From an uncultured Bacteroidales bacterium (GTDB lineage Bacteria > Bacteroidota > Bacteroidia > Bacteroidales > JAADJA01): a DNA stretch of 64,000 nucleotides. The stretch covers positions 20,571 through 84,570 of the forward strand of contig CAYQWA010000021.1 in NCBI GenBank assembly GCA_964421215.1, written 5' to 3'. Below are positions 1 through 9,467 of the stretch, piece after piece. The notes under the pieces are model-generated. The model was not told where the DNA came from and searched no databases. It saw only the letters and a list, made by a program, of their open reading frames with translations. Position numbers and translations under genes: made by a program. Position 1 is the first letter of the stretch. The number at the start of each line of letters is the position of its first letter.

Positions 1-1567
1 CCTGGTTATTGTCTTTGTATTTTTTCCGAAGTTCCTCAAGTTTGATTTTCAGTTCTTCAACAATAGAACTATAATTCGGATCATTGTATACATTGTTTAT
101 TTCATTGGAATCCTTTTGAAGGTCGAACAATTCCCATTCATCAATGTCGAAATAGTAGTGGATCAGCTTGTATTCTTTGGTCCTGATGCCATAGTGTCTT
201 TTTACATCATGTCCACCTTTTGGGTATTCGTAATAGTGATAGTAGATCTCCTTTCGCCACTCTTCAGGTGGTTCATCACTGAATACTTTCCTTAAGGATT
301 CTCCCTGAAAATCTTCAGGTATTTTAATTCCGGCATAATCAAGGAATGTCGGGGCAAAGTCAAGGTTCATAACCATTTCTTCAGATACCTGGCCCTTTTC
401 TACCACCCCGGGATATCTTACAATTAATGGCATTTTTAACGATTCCTCATACATAAAACGCTTGTCGAACCAGCCGTGTTCTCCAAGGTAAAAACCCTGG
501 TCGGAAGTGTACACAACAATGGTGTTATCTGCCAAACCATTTTCTTCCAGGTAATCCAAAATTTCACCAACACTTTCATCCACCGATTCAATGGTACCCA
601 TGTAGTCCTGCATATATCGCCTGAATTTCCAGTAAGCCAGATCTTTTCCTGCTGGAGGATCGTCGTGGTAGTTTTTGTTCTTTGCCAGGAATTTCTCCGT
701 CCATTCCTTTCGCTGATCTTCGCTCATTCTGTCGAAGGACCAGGTACCCAGATCATCCCAGATTTCCTCAGAGTCTTTCTCTTTGCTAAGTTTAAGGTCA
801 TAACCCAGGTACATGTCTTTCCAGATGGACATTTTTTGTTCCCTGGCTGCAATTCCCCTGTTATCATAATCATCAAAGAATGTAGCAGGAACTGGTATTT
901 CAACGCTATCGAATGTATTGATATGATCAAGCCGAGGCATCCATGGCCGGTGAGGCGCTTTGTGGTGCATAAGTAAACAGAAAGGTTTGCTGGTGTCCCT
1001 GCAATTGAGCCAGTTAACGGTAAAGTCTGTGATAAGATCGGTAACATATCCTTCGTGTCTTTTCTTTTCTCCCATTTCAATAAAATCAGGATTGTAGTAA
1101 CTACCCTGGCCAGGCAAAATGTTCCAATAATCAAAACCGGTTGGTTCACTTCTCAAATGCCATTTGCCAATCATGGCCGTTTGATAATTGTTTTGTTGTA
1201 ACAGTTTGGGGAAAGTTTGCTGACTTCCATCAAAACTTACACTGTTATTGATATGACCGTTGATATGGCTGTATTTCCCGGTAAGCAATACCGCTCGGCT
1301 GGGTCCACATATGGAATTGGTGCAAAAGCTCTGATTGAACCGAAGGCCTTCATCCGCAAGCCTGTCGATATTGGGTGTTTGGTTGACCGAATTCCCATAT
1401 GAGCTTATAGCATTCATGGCATGGTCATCACTCATTATGAAAATAATGTTTGGCCTTACATTCTCCTTGTCTTTAGTTTTTTTGTTTCCAGAATTACATC
1501 CAATAAACAAGGAACACAATACATACAAGAGACATAATATTGTTGTAATTCTTAAGTATTTCTTCAT
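1..1567 (-). CDS. Sulfatase (S1 family, Cys-type), partial; C-terminus lies beyond the window start
   Basis: The minus-strand frame is open from the ATG at 1567 to base 1. It is absent from the ORF track because no stop falls in the window. I translated it by hand: MKKYLRITTILCLLYVLCSLFIGCNS (lipoprotein-type signal), IIFIMSDDH, formylglycine motif SICGPSRAVLLTG, GKWHL, VYTSDQG. The listed ORFs 476..976 and 724..1149 are other frames of this gene. Confidence 0.9.
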   Translation of the reverse strand, partial: MKKYLRITTILCLLYVLCSLFIGCNSGNKKTKDKENVRPNIIFIMSDDHAMNAISSYGNSVNQTPNIDRLADEGLRFNQSFCTNSICGPSRAVLLTGKYSHINGHINNSVSFDGSQQTFPKLLQQNNYQTAMIGKWHLRSEPTGFDYWNILPGQGSYYNPDFIEMGEKKRHEGYVTDLITDFTVNWLNCRDTSKPFCLLMHHKAPHRPWMPRLDHINTFDSVEIPVPATFFDDYDNRGIAAREQKMSIWKDMYLGYDLKLSKEKDSEEIWDDLGTWSFDRMSEDQRKEWTEKFLAKNKNYHDDPPAGKDLAYWKFRRYMQDYMGTIESVDESVGEILDYLEENGLADNTIVVYTSDQGFYLGEHGWFDKRFMYEESLKMPLIVRYPGVVEKGQVSEEMVMNLDFAPTFLDYAGIKIPEDFQGESLRKVFSDEPPEEWRKEIYYHYYEYPKGGHDVKRHYGIRTKEYKLIHYYFDIDEWELFDLQKDSNEINNVYNDPNYSSIVEELKIKLEELRKKYKDNNQ

Positions 1568-1579
1568 ACCATGAATTTT

Positions 1580-3694
1580 TTATTCTACAATTATTTCATC
1601 GATGAAAACCCAGGCATCATTTCCTGCTCCCGGATGCCAATATGGTAATTTACCATAATTTTTTGCGATGACCTTAACAAATCGGGTTTCTGTTTCTCCG
1701 AATTCTACCATCAATTGTTGAATTGAAGTTTCCATCATCGTAACCGGAATTTTGTTTTCAATTTTATCGATTAGATTAAATGATTCTCCATCAATTGATA
1801 CATAATACTCCACATATTCAGGAAATACAATCCATGAATTAACCACCTGAAGGCAATTTGTTTTGATCCGGTTTATGTTCTTTTTCTCTCCCAGGTCAAT
1901 AATTATTTCAAGGTTGTTTCCCTGAAAACCCTGCCAGTTTCCGTCGTAAAAATCTTCACTACCTAATAGACCGTTTACCAATGCCTTTTTTCCCCCTCCT
2001 GAATAGTTCTGATTGTACATATTTGAGTATACCACATCAGCACCTGTGGCCATATGTCTTATTACCTGTCCTTCAGTTATTGTAGCTGAAGGAATGTCAT
2101 TCATACAGGCAATGGCTTTTATCAAACCGGTTTTATTGGTCTTGAAAGGGCCTGTATATATTTTGGAGTTTTGTGCCGGAACTGTACCATCAATAGTATA
2201 TCTGATTTCAGTAGAGCGGTCACTGCCTTCCATATTGATCAGAAAGGTATCTTCATTTTCCAGGTATTCACAGACAATTTTTACTTTATCGGTAAAGATC
2301 TCCCAATTGTCGGTCCTGAAGGTGGAGGCTGGTAATCCTTCTTTATTAAAAAGATTTGGTTCATCTCCATTATGAAATGCGTACCTGACAGCAAGAGGAT
2401 ATTGAACATATTTTGAAGAAACTACAAGCTCTTCACCATCAATGATTGCATCCGCAGGATAAAACTGCTTATCCTTTCCAGCCATCTCAAAGTGAGTTAA
2501 GGTTTCTCCATTACTATCAAGTCCATTGTTGGCATAATCAAAGAAAACTCTGATGTTGTTTCCTTCTACTTCATGTGAAGAATACATAGGCCCTGAAAAT
2601 ACCACATCTTTCCCGTAATCTTTATTCAGGGCCCAGACAGCCAACCGTTTGCCAACATCTTTTTTATTGGTAGGATGAATGTCTTCAGGGTCTCCAATGT
2701 CTATAGTAACTGCCATGCCTGTATTTGCTACATCCAGCGTATTTCTTTGTGCGTCACGCAACGCAGCACCTATAACGGGCATATTGTATTCAAACGGAGC
2801 AAGTTGAACAAAATAAAAAGGAAAATCGCCCTGATCCCATTCATCTCTCCAGTTGGAGATCATAGTTGCCATCAGGTCACGATACAGATAATGTTCAGGT
2901 GCATTTGTTTCACCCTGGTACCAGATCGCACCACTGATACTATAGGGTATTAAGGGATGAAGCATCGCATTGTACAATCCTGAGGGAGACTGATGATCAC
3001 GAGGCAATATACCTGGTGCTGAAGCTTGGATCTTTTCTCTGTATTTTTCAATATAAAACCGGCCTTCATATGTTGATTGTAAAACCTGATAATTGGTCCA
3101 TGCCTGAGCCGATGAACCACCCCAACTTGTATGAATAAGGCCAATGGGGACATCCAGTTCATTGAACAATTCCTTCCCAAAATAGTAAGCTACCGCGCTG
3201 AATGTTTCTGCAGTTTCAGGATTACACAATTCCCACTTGCCGTAACAATCTTTTTGAGGATTTTCAGCATTGTCTCTAGCAACGTAGAATAACCTAATCT
3301 CTGGGTAATTTGCATTTTCAATTTCCTTTTCCGCATTGTCTGTCTGGCTCAGAGCCCACTGCATGTTTGATTGTCCTGAACATATCCAAACTTCACCGAT
3401 CATTACGTTATGTAGTGTATCATCATTAATGGTGATGAAATATGGGCCTCCTGCTTTGGGGGTTTGTAGTTTTACTATCCATTTACCATCTGCACCGGCA
3501 GCTATTTCTTTTGTATTATTATTCCAACTGCCTGAAACTAAAACTACATCTCCGGGTTTAGCCCATCCCCATAGAGGGGCATCAAACTGTTGTTGTAAAA
3601 CCAGGTTGTCACCAAACAATGAAGGCAGTTTTACCTGTGCAAAGAGTATTTGTCCTGGAAATAAAACAATTAATATGATTTTCCAATATTTCAT
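1580..3694 (-). CDS. Sialate O-acetylesterase-like carbohydrate esterase (SGNH/DUF303 type) with C-terminal CHB_HEX_C-like and F5/8 type C (discoidin) domains
   Basis: It has a signal peptide. The GQSNMQW catalytic-Ser motif and SWGGSSAQAW are typical of the 9-O-acetylesterase family. The C-terminus carries IRYTIDGTVP...IYTGPF and a discoidin-like segment. Confidence 0.85.
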   Translation of the reverse strand: MKYWKIILIVLFPGQILFAQVKLPSLFGDNLVLQQQFDAPLWGWAKPGDVVLVSGSWNNNTKEIAAGADGKWIVKLQTPKAGGPYFITINDDTLHNVMIGEVWICSGQSNMQWALSQTDNAEKEIENANYPEIRLFYVARDNAENPQKDCYGKWELCNPETAETFSAVAYYFGKELFNELDVPIGLIHTSWGGSSAQAWTNYQVLQSTYEGRFYIEKYREKIQASAPGILPRDHQSPSGLYNAMLHPLIPYSISGAIWYQGETNAPEHYLYRDLMATMISNWRDEWDQGDFPFYFVQLAPFEYNMPVIGAALRDAQRNTLDVANTGMAVTIDIGDPEDIHPTNKKDVGKRLAVWALNKDYGKDVVFSGPMYSSHEVEGNNIRVFFDYANNGLDSNGETLTHFEMAGKDKQFYPADAIIDGEELVVSSKYVQYPLAVRYAFHNGDEPNLFNKEGLPASTFRTDNWEIFTDKVKIVCEYLENEDTFLINMEGSDRSTEIRYTIDGTVPAQNSKIYTGPFKTNKTGLIKAIACMNDIPSATITEGQVIRHMATGADVVYSNMYNQNYSGGGKKALVNGLLGSEDFYDGNWQGFQGNNLEIIIDLGEKKNINRIKTNCLQVVNSWIVFPEYVEYYVSIDGESFNLIDKIENKIPVTMMETSIQQLMVEFGETETRFVKVIAKNYGKLPYWHPGAGNDAWVFIDEIIVE

Positions 3695-3706
3695 GAATTG
3701 TTGAAT

Positions 3707-5035
3707 TTATTGTTGTTCCAATCCTAAAAATGCAACCCGAGCAGCTCCCAAAACCGTTGTTTCCTTTTGTTCGATTGTCTTAACCGGGATTCCCAATTCT
3801 TTTTCTCTCAGGTTGTTCCATAAGCTGTTGTTGGAACCGCCTCCCACAACAATTATGGATTCAGCCGTAAATCCTCCGACCTGTTCCAGGATACACAGGC
3901 TTTGTTTTGTCTTTTTTACCAGGGCTTCCAATGTTGCTCTGTAGATTTCCTCTCTTTTGGTATTTATTCCCAGGCCGGATAAAATACCCCTCTCATTAAG
4001 AAAATCTATTCCGATCTTCAGGTTTGAGTTTTCAATCTGCTCTGCCTCTTTTATCATCACATCATAGATATTCGGATTGTCTACATTAGAATAAAACATT
4101 TTCCTGATCCATTCAAGGATACCGGAACCCAGCCATTGCAGACCTGGGTTGTACATTCCCGGCATGACATCAAATTCAATGGTAACACCCTGCTTTAAAA
4201 ATTCTGATTTAGTCTGTATGGTAGATGTTCGAGCCATTAGTATTTCCCAGGTTCCGGAACTAAGGACTGCTTCGTTTTCTTTTGCCCCTGATCCAAATAT
4301 GGCAAACTGGGTATCATGGCCAGTTGCAATTACAGGAACTCCTGCAGGAATACACGTTTCATCCGAAGCCTTTTGTGTTATTTTGCCAACGATGGTTCCG
4401 GGTTCAACCATTTGAGGGAACTTATTTTCCACTCCGATTGATCCAAGTATTTCATCTGAAAAATTCCTGGTATTAATATCAGTCATCATAGAGGTACCAG
4501 CCATTGTGGCATCAGTATGGAATTCCCCTGTAAGCCTTTGTGTCAGGATTGAAGGCATAAATACAAAATAGTCCGATTGATCCAATATCTCAGGTTTATT
4601 CTCCTTGAACCAGATGAACTTATTGATTGTATTAAAACTAAAGGTGTTGACGCCATTGATCTTATACAGCTGTTCAAGAGGAATATACTTCTTTATATTG
4701 TCCATGATTGGAGCTGTCCGCTGGCATGCCCATGAGATAACAGGGTATAGAAACTCACCTGTCTTTTTCATGGGTGCACCATCCACACCAAATGTTGTAA
4801 TGGTTAAACCTATAATATCTTTTTTGTTGATTTTACCAATAACCTCCAGGATTGCAGTGATTAGTTTCCCCCAAATATCATCCACATTCCAGATCAGACC
4901 ACCATTTAAGAACGGATCCGGACGGGTACTATTTGGATGTGATTTTTGGGCAAGTATCTTCCCATCCTGATTTACAGCTACAGCGCGAACGTTTGTAGCA
5001 CCACAATCTAAAACTATAATGATTCTTTGTTTCAT
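3707..5035 (-). CDS. fucK: L-fuculokinase (FGGY carbohydrate kinase)
   Basis: The similarity to E. coli FucK, as I recall it, runs end to end. Examples are MKQRIIIVLDCGATNVRAVAVN, TTFGVDGAP, YPVISWACQRT, TGHDTQFA, SSGTWEILM and VVGGGSNNSLWN. Confidence 0.9.
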   Translation of the reverse strand: MKQRIIIVLDCGATNVRAVAVNQDGKILAQKSHPNSTRPDPFLNGGLIWNVDDIWGKLITAILEVIGKINKKDIIGLTITTFGVDGAPMKKTGEFLYPVISWACQRTAPIMDNIKKYIPLEQLYKINGVNTFSFNTINKFIWFKENKPEILDQSDYFVFMPSILTQRLTGEFHTDATMAGTSMMTDINTRNFSDEILGSIGVENKFPQMVEPGTIVGKITQKASDETCIPAGVPVIATGHDTQFAIFGSGAKENEAVLSSGTWEILMARTSTIQTKSEFLKQGVTIEFDVMPGMYNPGLQWLGSGILEWIRKMFYSNVDNPNIYDVMIKEAEQIENSNLKIGIDFLNERGILSGLGINTKREEIYRATLEALVKKTKQSLCILEQVGGFTAESIIVVGGGSNNSLWNNLREKELGIPVKTIEQKETTVLGAARVAFLGLEQQ

Positions 5036-5045
5036 TCCCTAAAAC

Positions 5046-6479
5046 TTATTTGGGCTCTTTTACCGGTTTCCATGATTCGTAATTTTTAGCAGATTGCCCA
5101 CTCCAGAAAGGAGAGGTATAAAAGTGCGGATCGGTAGGTAAAGAAACTTCCCAATTGAATAATATCTCATATAGCTCCTTGTACCGTTCTTTATTTATTT
5201 CTGATAGATCTTCAGTTTCACCAATATCATCAACCGGCCTGAAATATTGAGCAGGTTTGTGATCCAATCTTATCAACTTATCCTCCCCATCCAGAACCGC
5301 TGCCTGCCCCTGCAATCGCCAGAACAACCTTCGTAGTTCCGGTTCCTTTTCACCTGTTAAAATGGGCAGGATATTGATCCCGTCATATGTTCGTGGTTTT
5401 TTTGACTTTCCTTGCTTATCCAGCACTTCAACGGGATCTGCATTAGCAGCATAAAGAAAAGACGGCAATAAATCAAGGCTGGAAACAACTGTTTCATTTC
5501 TTTCTCCTGCCGGTATTTGATCCGGCCATTGCCATATCATAGGTACACGAATCCCTCCTTCCCGGCAGTTTCCTTTACATCCCGACAAAGGCCCGTTCCA
5601 GCTATAATTATTGGTTGCGCCACCGTTATCACTTAAAAAGACGATCAGAGTATTTTCATAAGCACCCTCATCCTTCAGCTTCTGAATAATTTTTCCCACA
5701 CCTCTGTCCAGTGCCAGTATCATTGCTGCGTAAGTGCGTCTTCCTTTATCCTGAACATGAGAACATGCTTCAAAATCTTCATCAGTGGCCTGCATCGGGG
5801 TATGAGGAGCATTGTACGACATAAAAAGAAACCAGGGATCATCACTTTTTTCAGCTATCCATTTTACAGCTTCATCTGTAAAAAAATCAGTAATGTATTT
5901 GCTGGAAAAAGATGTGACCTGCGTACCGTTCCTTTCCAATTGATGTTTTTCTTCTTTCAGAAAATAATTATGAGATCCTTTTATTATCCCACAGAAGTAA
6001 TCAAATCCCCTGTTGTTAGGATGATGAGCTTTCGCATACCCGAGATGCCATTTACCAATAAGAGCTGTTTCATATCCTGCAGCTTTAAGATGGTCTGCAA
6101 TGGTAAGTTCTGACGGATTAAGCCCGTGAAACTGTTCCTGTGTTGGCTTATTTTCATCCCAATGAGTAAGGTTGTTCTCAAACCCGAATCTTTGCGGGAA
6201 CCTTCCGGTAAGAAGGCCTGCCCTTGACGGAGCACATACACTACTGGTAACATAGGCTGAGGTAAACATCATACCATTATCGGCCAAACGGTCGATGTTT
6301 GGTGTTTTGACAACTTCACTTCCGGTACAACCCAGATCACCCCAACCCAGGTCATCGGCAAGGATTATCAGAATGTTTGGTTTTTCAGGATTTTTATCCT
6401 GGGCATAAGCTGTTTGATAACAAAATACAGAAGCTGAAATTAGAAATAACAAACTTATGACCTGGGAAAAAACTCTCAT
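5046..6479 (-). CDS. Sulfatase (S1, Cys-type)
   Basis: It has a signal peptide, LADDLGWGDLG, the formylglycine motif SSVCAPSRAGLLTG, GKWHLG and FLSDNGG. Confidence 0.92.
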   Translation of the reverse strand: MRVFSQVISLLFLISASVFCYQTAYAQDKNPEKPNILIILADDLGWGDLGCTGSEVVKTPNIDRLADNGMMFTSAYVTSSVCAPSRAGLLTGRFPQRFGFENNLTHWDENKPTQEQFHGLNPSELTIADHLKAAGYETALIGKWHLGYAKAHHPNNRGFDYFCGIIKGSHNYFLKEEKHQLERNGTQVTSFSSKYITDFFTDEAVKWIAEKSDDPWFLFMSYNAPHTPMQATDEDFEACSHVQDKGRRTYAAMILALDRGVGKIIQKLKDEGAYENTLIVFLSDNGGATNNYSWNGPLSGCKGNCREGGIRVPMIWQWPDQIPAGERNETVVSSLDLLPSFLYAANADPVEVLDKQGKSKKPRTYDGINILPILTGEKEPELRRLFWRLQGQAAVLDGEDKLIRLDHKPAQYFRPVDDIGETEDLSEINKERYKELYEILFNWEVSLPTDPHFYTSPFWSGQSAKNYESWKPVKEPK

Positions 6480-6496
6480 AATCTTATCTCCTCAAT

Positions 6497-8041
6497 TTAG
6501 TTTAAACTAAAATCATCAGGCATAAACTGAGTATCACCTACATTTTGTTGAAGAACTCCCGGTGTACTTCTGCCTTCATCAATATATTTTTGCATTAAAT
6601 CACTTAGTTCTCTTACTATTTCAGGATTTTGTTCAGCCACGTTATTCTTTTCTTCGATATCAATCTCCAGGTTGTATAACTGAAGAGGATATAATCCCTG
6701 TTCTTTAGCCATGGGCTCTGTAGGATGACTCCACCCACCTGATCCCGCACAGAATTCCAGCTTCCAATTTCCTTTTCTGATGGAGAAAAAACCATTGCAT
6801 GAATGATGAACCGTTGCTTCACGAATGGGTTGTTCTGTTTTTTCACCCATTAGTACCGGATAAATATTGTAGCTATCTTCACCCTCATTGTCCTTTAAAG
6901 AATCTCCGACTATTGAAGCACATGTGGCCAGCAGGTCTGTAGTACAAATAACTTCGGGTGAGTGGGTAGATGGTTTGATTTTTGCCGGCCACCTCGCAAT
7001 AAAAGGTACCCGATGACCGCCTTCATAAATATCGGCTTTATGACCACGATAAACATAGCTTGGATCATGTCCAAAGGTAGCCAACTCTTCATAGTCAGCC
7101 ATGGGCGAACAGCCATTATCGCTTGTAAAAATGATCAGGGTATTCCCGGCAACACCATTTTCCTTTAGTGCCTGCTCAATTTGATGTACGACATCATCCA
7201 CCATTAAAACAAAATCGCCGTATTCATTCGTTCCGCTCTTTCCCTGAAATTCTTCGGTTGGTAATATAGGTGTGTGTGGAGCAGGCAAAGGGAAATAAAG
7301 AAAGAATGGAGCCTTTGTTTTTGATTGTTCTGAAATAAATCCGACAGCTTTTTCTGTAAGCTTTGGCAACACTTCGATATGTTTAAAATCCTCCCCGACC
7401 GGGCCTTTACGCCAGAACATCTTGCCTTGCATAGCCTCAACCGTATCAACGGTATTGGCTGTTATCCTGTCGTTTTCAATATAGAAATAAGGTGGGATAT
7501 CCAGGGAAGCGGTTATCCCAAAGAAGTAATCAAATCCATATACATTGGGGCTATTTTTTATGGGCTGATGAAAATCAACAACACCTGCTGAATCCTTTGC
7601 CCAATCTAGGCCCAAATGCCATTTTCCGATACAAGCTGTAAAATAACCATGCTCCTTTAAAAGTGTTGCAACAGTGGTCCTGTCCGGATCAATCAAATGC
7701 TCATCATAACTCCAGGTAACACCTCGTTTTAAGCTTGTCCGCCATGCATACCTGCCGGTTAAGATCCCATACCTTGTCGGTGTACAAACCGATGAACCCG
7801 AATGGGCATCGGTGAAGCTAATGCCCTGTTCGGCCAGTTTATCCAGGTTGGGGGTGATGATCTTTGAGCTGTCGTTTAAGCAGGAAAGGTCACCATAGCC
7901 CAGGTCGTCGGCAAGGATATATACAATGTTCGGGTGTCTAGTCGGCACTTCCTTTTTTTGCTGGCATGACAGGAATATCAGCGATAAGATTAAACATATA
8001 ATCAGATAAATAATTCCGGATATTTTAAAGTTGTTCATCAT
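6497..8041 (-). CDS. Sulfatase (S1, Cys-type), lipoprotein
   Basis: Motifs are LADDLGYGDLS, SSVCTPTRYGILTG, GKWHLG and FTSDNG. I moved the start from the ORF-track 8095 to the MMNNFK... ATG at 8041/8038. That start gives a lipoprotein signal (LIFLSC) and only a ~17-nt overlap with the upstream gene. Confidence 0.9.
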   Translation of the reverse strand: MMNNFKISGIIYLIICLILSLIFLSCQQKKEVPTRHPNIVYILADDLGYGDLSCLNDSSKIITPNLDKLAEQGISFTDAHSGSSVCTPTRYGILTGRYAWRTSLKRGVTWSYDEHLIDPDRTTVATLLKEHGYFTACIGKWHLGLDWAKDSAGVVDFHQPIKNSPNVYGFDYFFGITASLDIPPYFYIENDRITANTVDTVEAMQGKMFWRKGPVGEDFKHIEVLPKLTEKAVGFISEQSKTKAPFFLYFPLPAPHTPILPTEEFQGKSGTNEYGDFVLMVDDVVHQIEQALKENGVAGNTLIIFTSDNGCSPMADYEELATFGHDPSYVYRGHKADIYEGGHRVPFIARWPAKIKPSTHSPEVICTTDLLATCASIVGDSLKDNEGEDSYNIYPVLMGEKTEQPIREATVHHSCNGFFSIRKGNWKLEFCAGSGGWSHPTEPMAKEQGLYPLQLYNLEIDIEEKNNVAEQNPEIVRELSDLMQKYIDEGRSTPGVLQQNVGDTQFMPDDFSLN

Positions 8042-9455
8042 AATACGGATTATTTTCATTTGGTACAGGTGCATTTGTTTCCGATCTCCATTCAAGTAAA
8101 CTTTTATATAATTCTTTTACTACTTCAGGATGTTTTTCAATCAGGTTATCGTTTTCTCCCGGATCAACTTCAAGGTTGTACAATTCCATTTCACCATTTT
8201 CAAAATATTCATGCAGTTTCCACTTTCCAATTCGTACAACAGAACCGGGCCTGGTCCTGAAATACATATCCCTTCCGTCTTGAAACTTGTGATTGGTTGA
8301 TTGCAGATAAATAGGGAAATGCCAGAAAAGAGGACGATCCGAGACAAATTCGTTTTTACCGGTAAGCAATGGAATCAGACTTTGGCCATCCAGATCATCC
8401 GCCATGGGGCTTGCTATTCCTGCAGCCTCCAAAAAACTTGGATAGAAGTCGATGTTGCTGACAGGTACATCATTCTTTAATCCACCCTGGATCTTCCCGG
8501 GCCAGTTGACAATTAACGGCACCCGTATTCCTCCTTCATAATAGGAACCCTTGCCATATTTTAATGGATCCGGAGAGGATATAGCAGCCACCCCGCCGTT
8601 GTCAGAAGTAAAGACAAGCAAAGTTTCATCTGATAACTTTAAGGAATCGAGAGCATTAACAATTCTTCCTACATTTTCATCCATAGCTTCAACCATGGCG
8701 GCATATACCCGATTGTTCTGACCCTGATCTCCTTTTAAATTTTCGTATTTGTCAATAAGGTGCTTTTTGCCTTGCAAAGGTGTGTGAACGATAAAATAAG
8801 GAAGGTAGAGGAAAAACTTATTGTACCTGTTTTGTTCCATAAACAGAATGGCCTCATTGGTGAGCCGGTCAGTCAGGTACTCACTTTCAGCCCCATCACT
8901 CAGAGCTTTGTTTTTATAAGGGCTGAAATAGGATTTAGGATGCCCAAGGTTAGTACCGCCTATATTCACATCAAATCCCTGTGTACACGGGTTTTCACCA
9001 AGATGCCATTTCCCGATTGAGGCGGAAATATAACCGGCCTTTTGCAGCTCTTCAGCTATGGTAATTATCGTATCAGCTAAAACAGTCGTGTTGAATGTGG
9101 GAATAAGTTTTCGATGCTTTTTACTGCCTCTTTCGGATGAGTTGACTGTATAAATTCCATGATGCGGTGTGTACTTCCCACTTAATAAACAAGCCCGGCT
9201 GGGAGCGCAATTTGCTGCTGAGGCATAAGCGTTGGTAAATGTCATCCCCTGGTCAGCCAACTTGTCGATATTCGGGGTTTGATAGTATTTGCTGCCATAG
9301 GTATGCAGGTCTTTCCAACCCAGGTCATCAACCAGGATCAATACAATATTAGGCTGTGAAACAGATTCGTTTTTATTGTTCTGTAAGTTTGCACAGGAGA
9401 ATAATATCCCCATTAAAGCAAAAAATAAAAACAATATTTCGATCCGTTTGTACAC
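8025..9455 (-). CDS. Sulfatase (S1, Cys-type), lipoprotein
   Basis: Motifs are VDDLGWKDLH, AANCAPSRACLLSG, GKWHLG and FTSDNGG. The start codon at 9455 is GTG (read from the sequence). The signal peptide ends in FSC. Confidence 0.9.
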   Translation of the reverse strand: MYKRIEILFLFFALMGILFSCANLQNNKNESVSQPNIVLILVDDLGWKDLHTYGSKYYQTPNIDKLADQGMTFTNAYASAANCAPSRACLLSGKYTPHHGIYTVNSSERGSKKHRKLIPTFNTTVLADTIITIAEELQKAGYISASIGKWHLGENPCTQGFDVNIGGTNLGHPKSYFSPYKNKALSDGAESEYLTDRLTNEAILFMEQNRYNKFFLYLPYFIVHTPLQGKKHLIDKYENLKGDQGQNNRVYAAMVEAMDENVGRIVNALDSLKLSDETLLVFTSDNGGVAAISSPDPLKYGKGSYYEGGIRVPLIVNWPGKIQGGLKNDVPVSNIDFYPSFLEAAGIASPMADDLDGQSLIPLLTGKNEFVSDRPLFWHFPIYLQSTNHKFQDGRDMYFRTRPGSVVRIGKWKLHEYFENGEMELYNLEVDPGENDNLIEKHPEVVKELYKSLLEWRSETNAPVPNENNPYYDEQL

Positions 9456-9467
9456 AATAACTACTTT

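Noticed and set aside
476-1149. ORF-track entries 476..976 (+) and 724..1149 (-) at the window start
   Set aside because: Both lie inside, and out of frame with, the partial sulfatase gene that is open from 1567 to base 1 on the minus strand. Their translations have no family features.
8042-8095. Long N-terminal extensions of several track ORFs (8095, 11138, 14189, 33310, 52812 and 59813 starts)
   Set aside because: Each extension overlaps the upstream gene or an intergenic palindrome, and one starts at TTG. In every case an internal ATG gives a canonical Bacteroidota signal or lipoprotein peptide, or a clean GNAT N-terminus. The shorter models were used.
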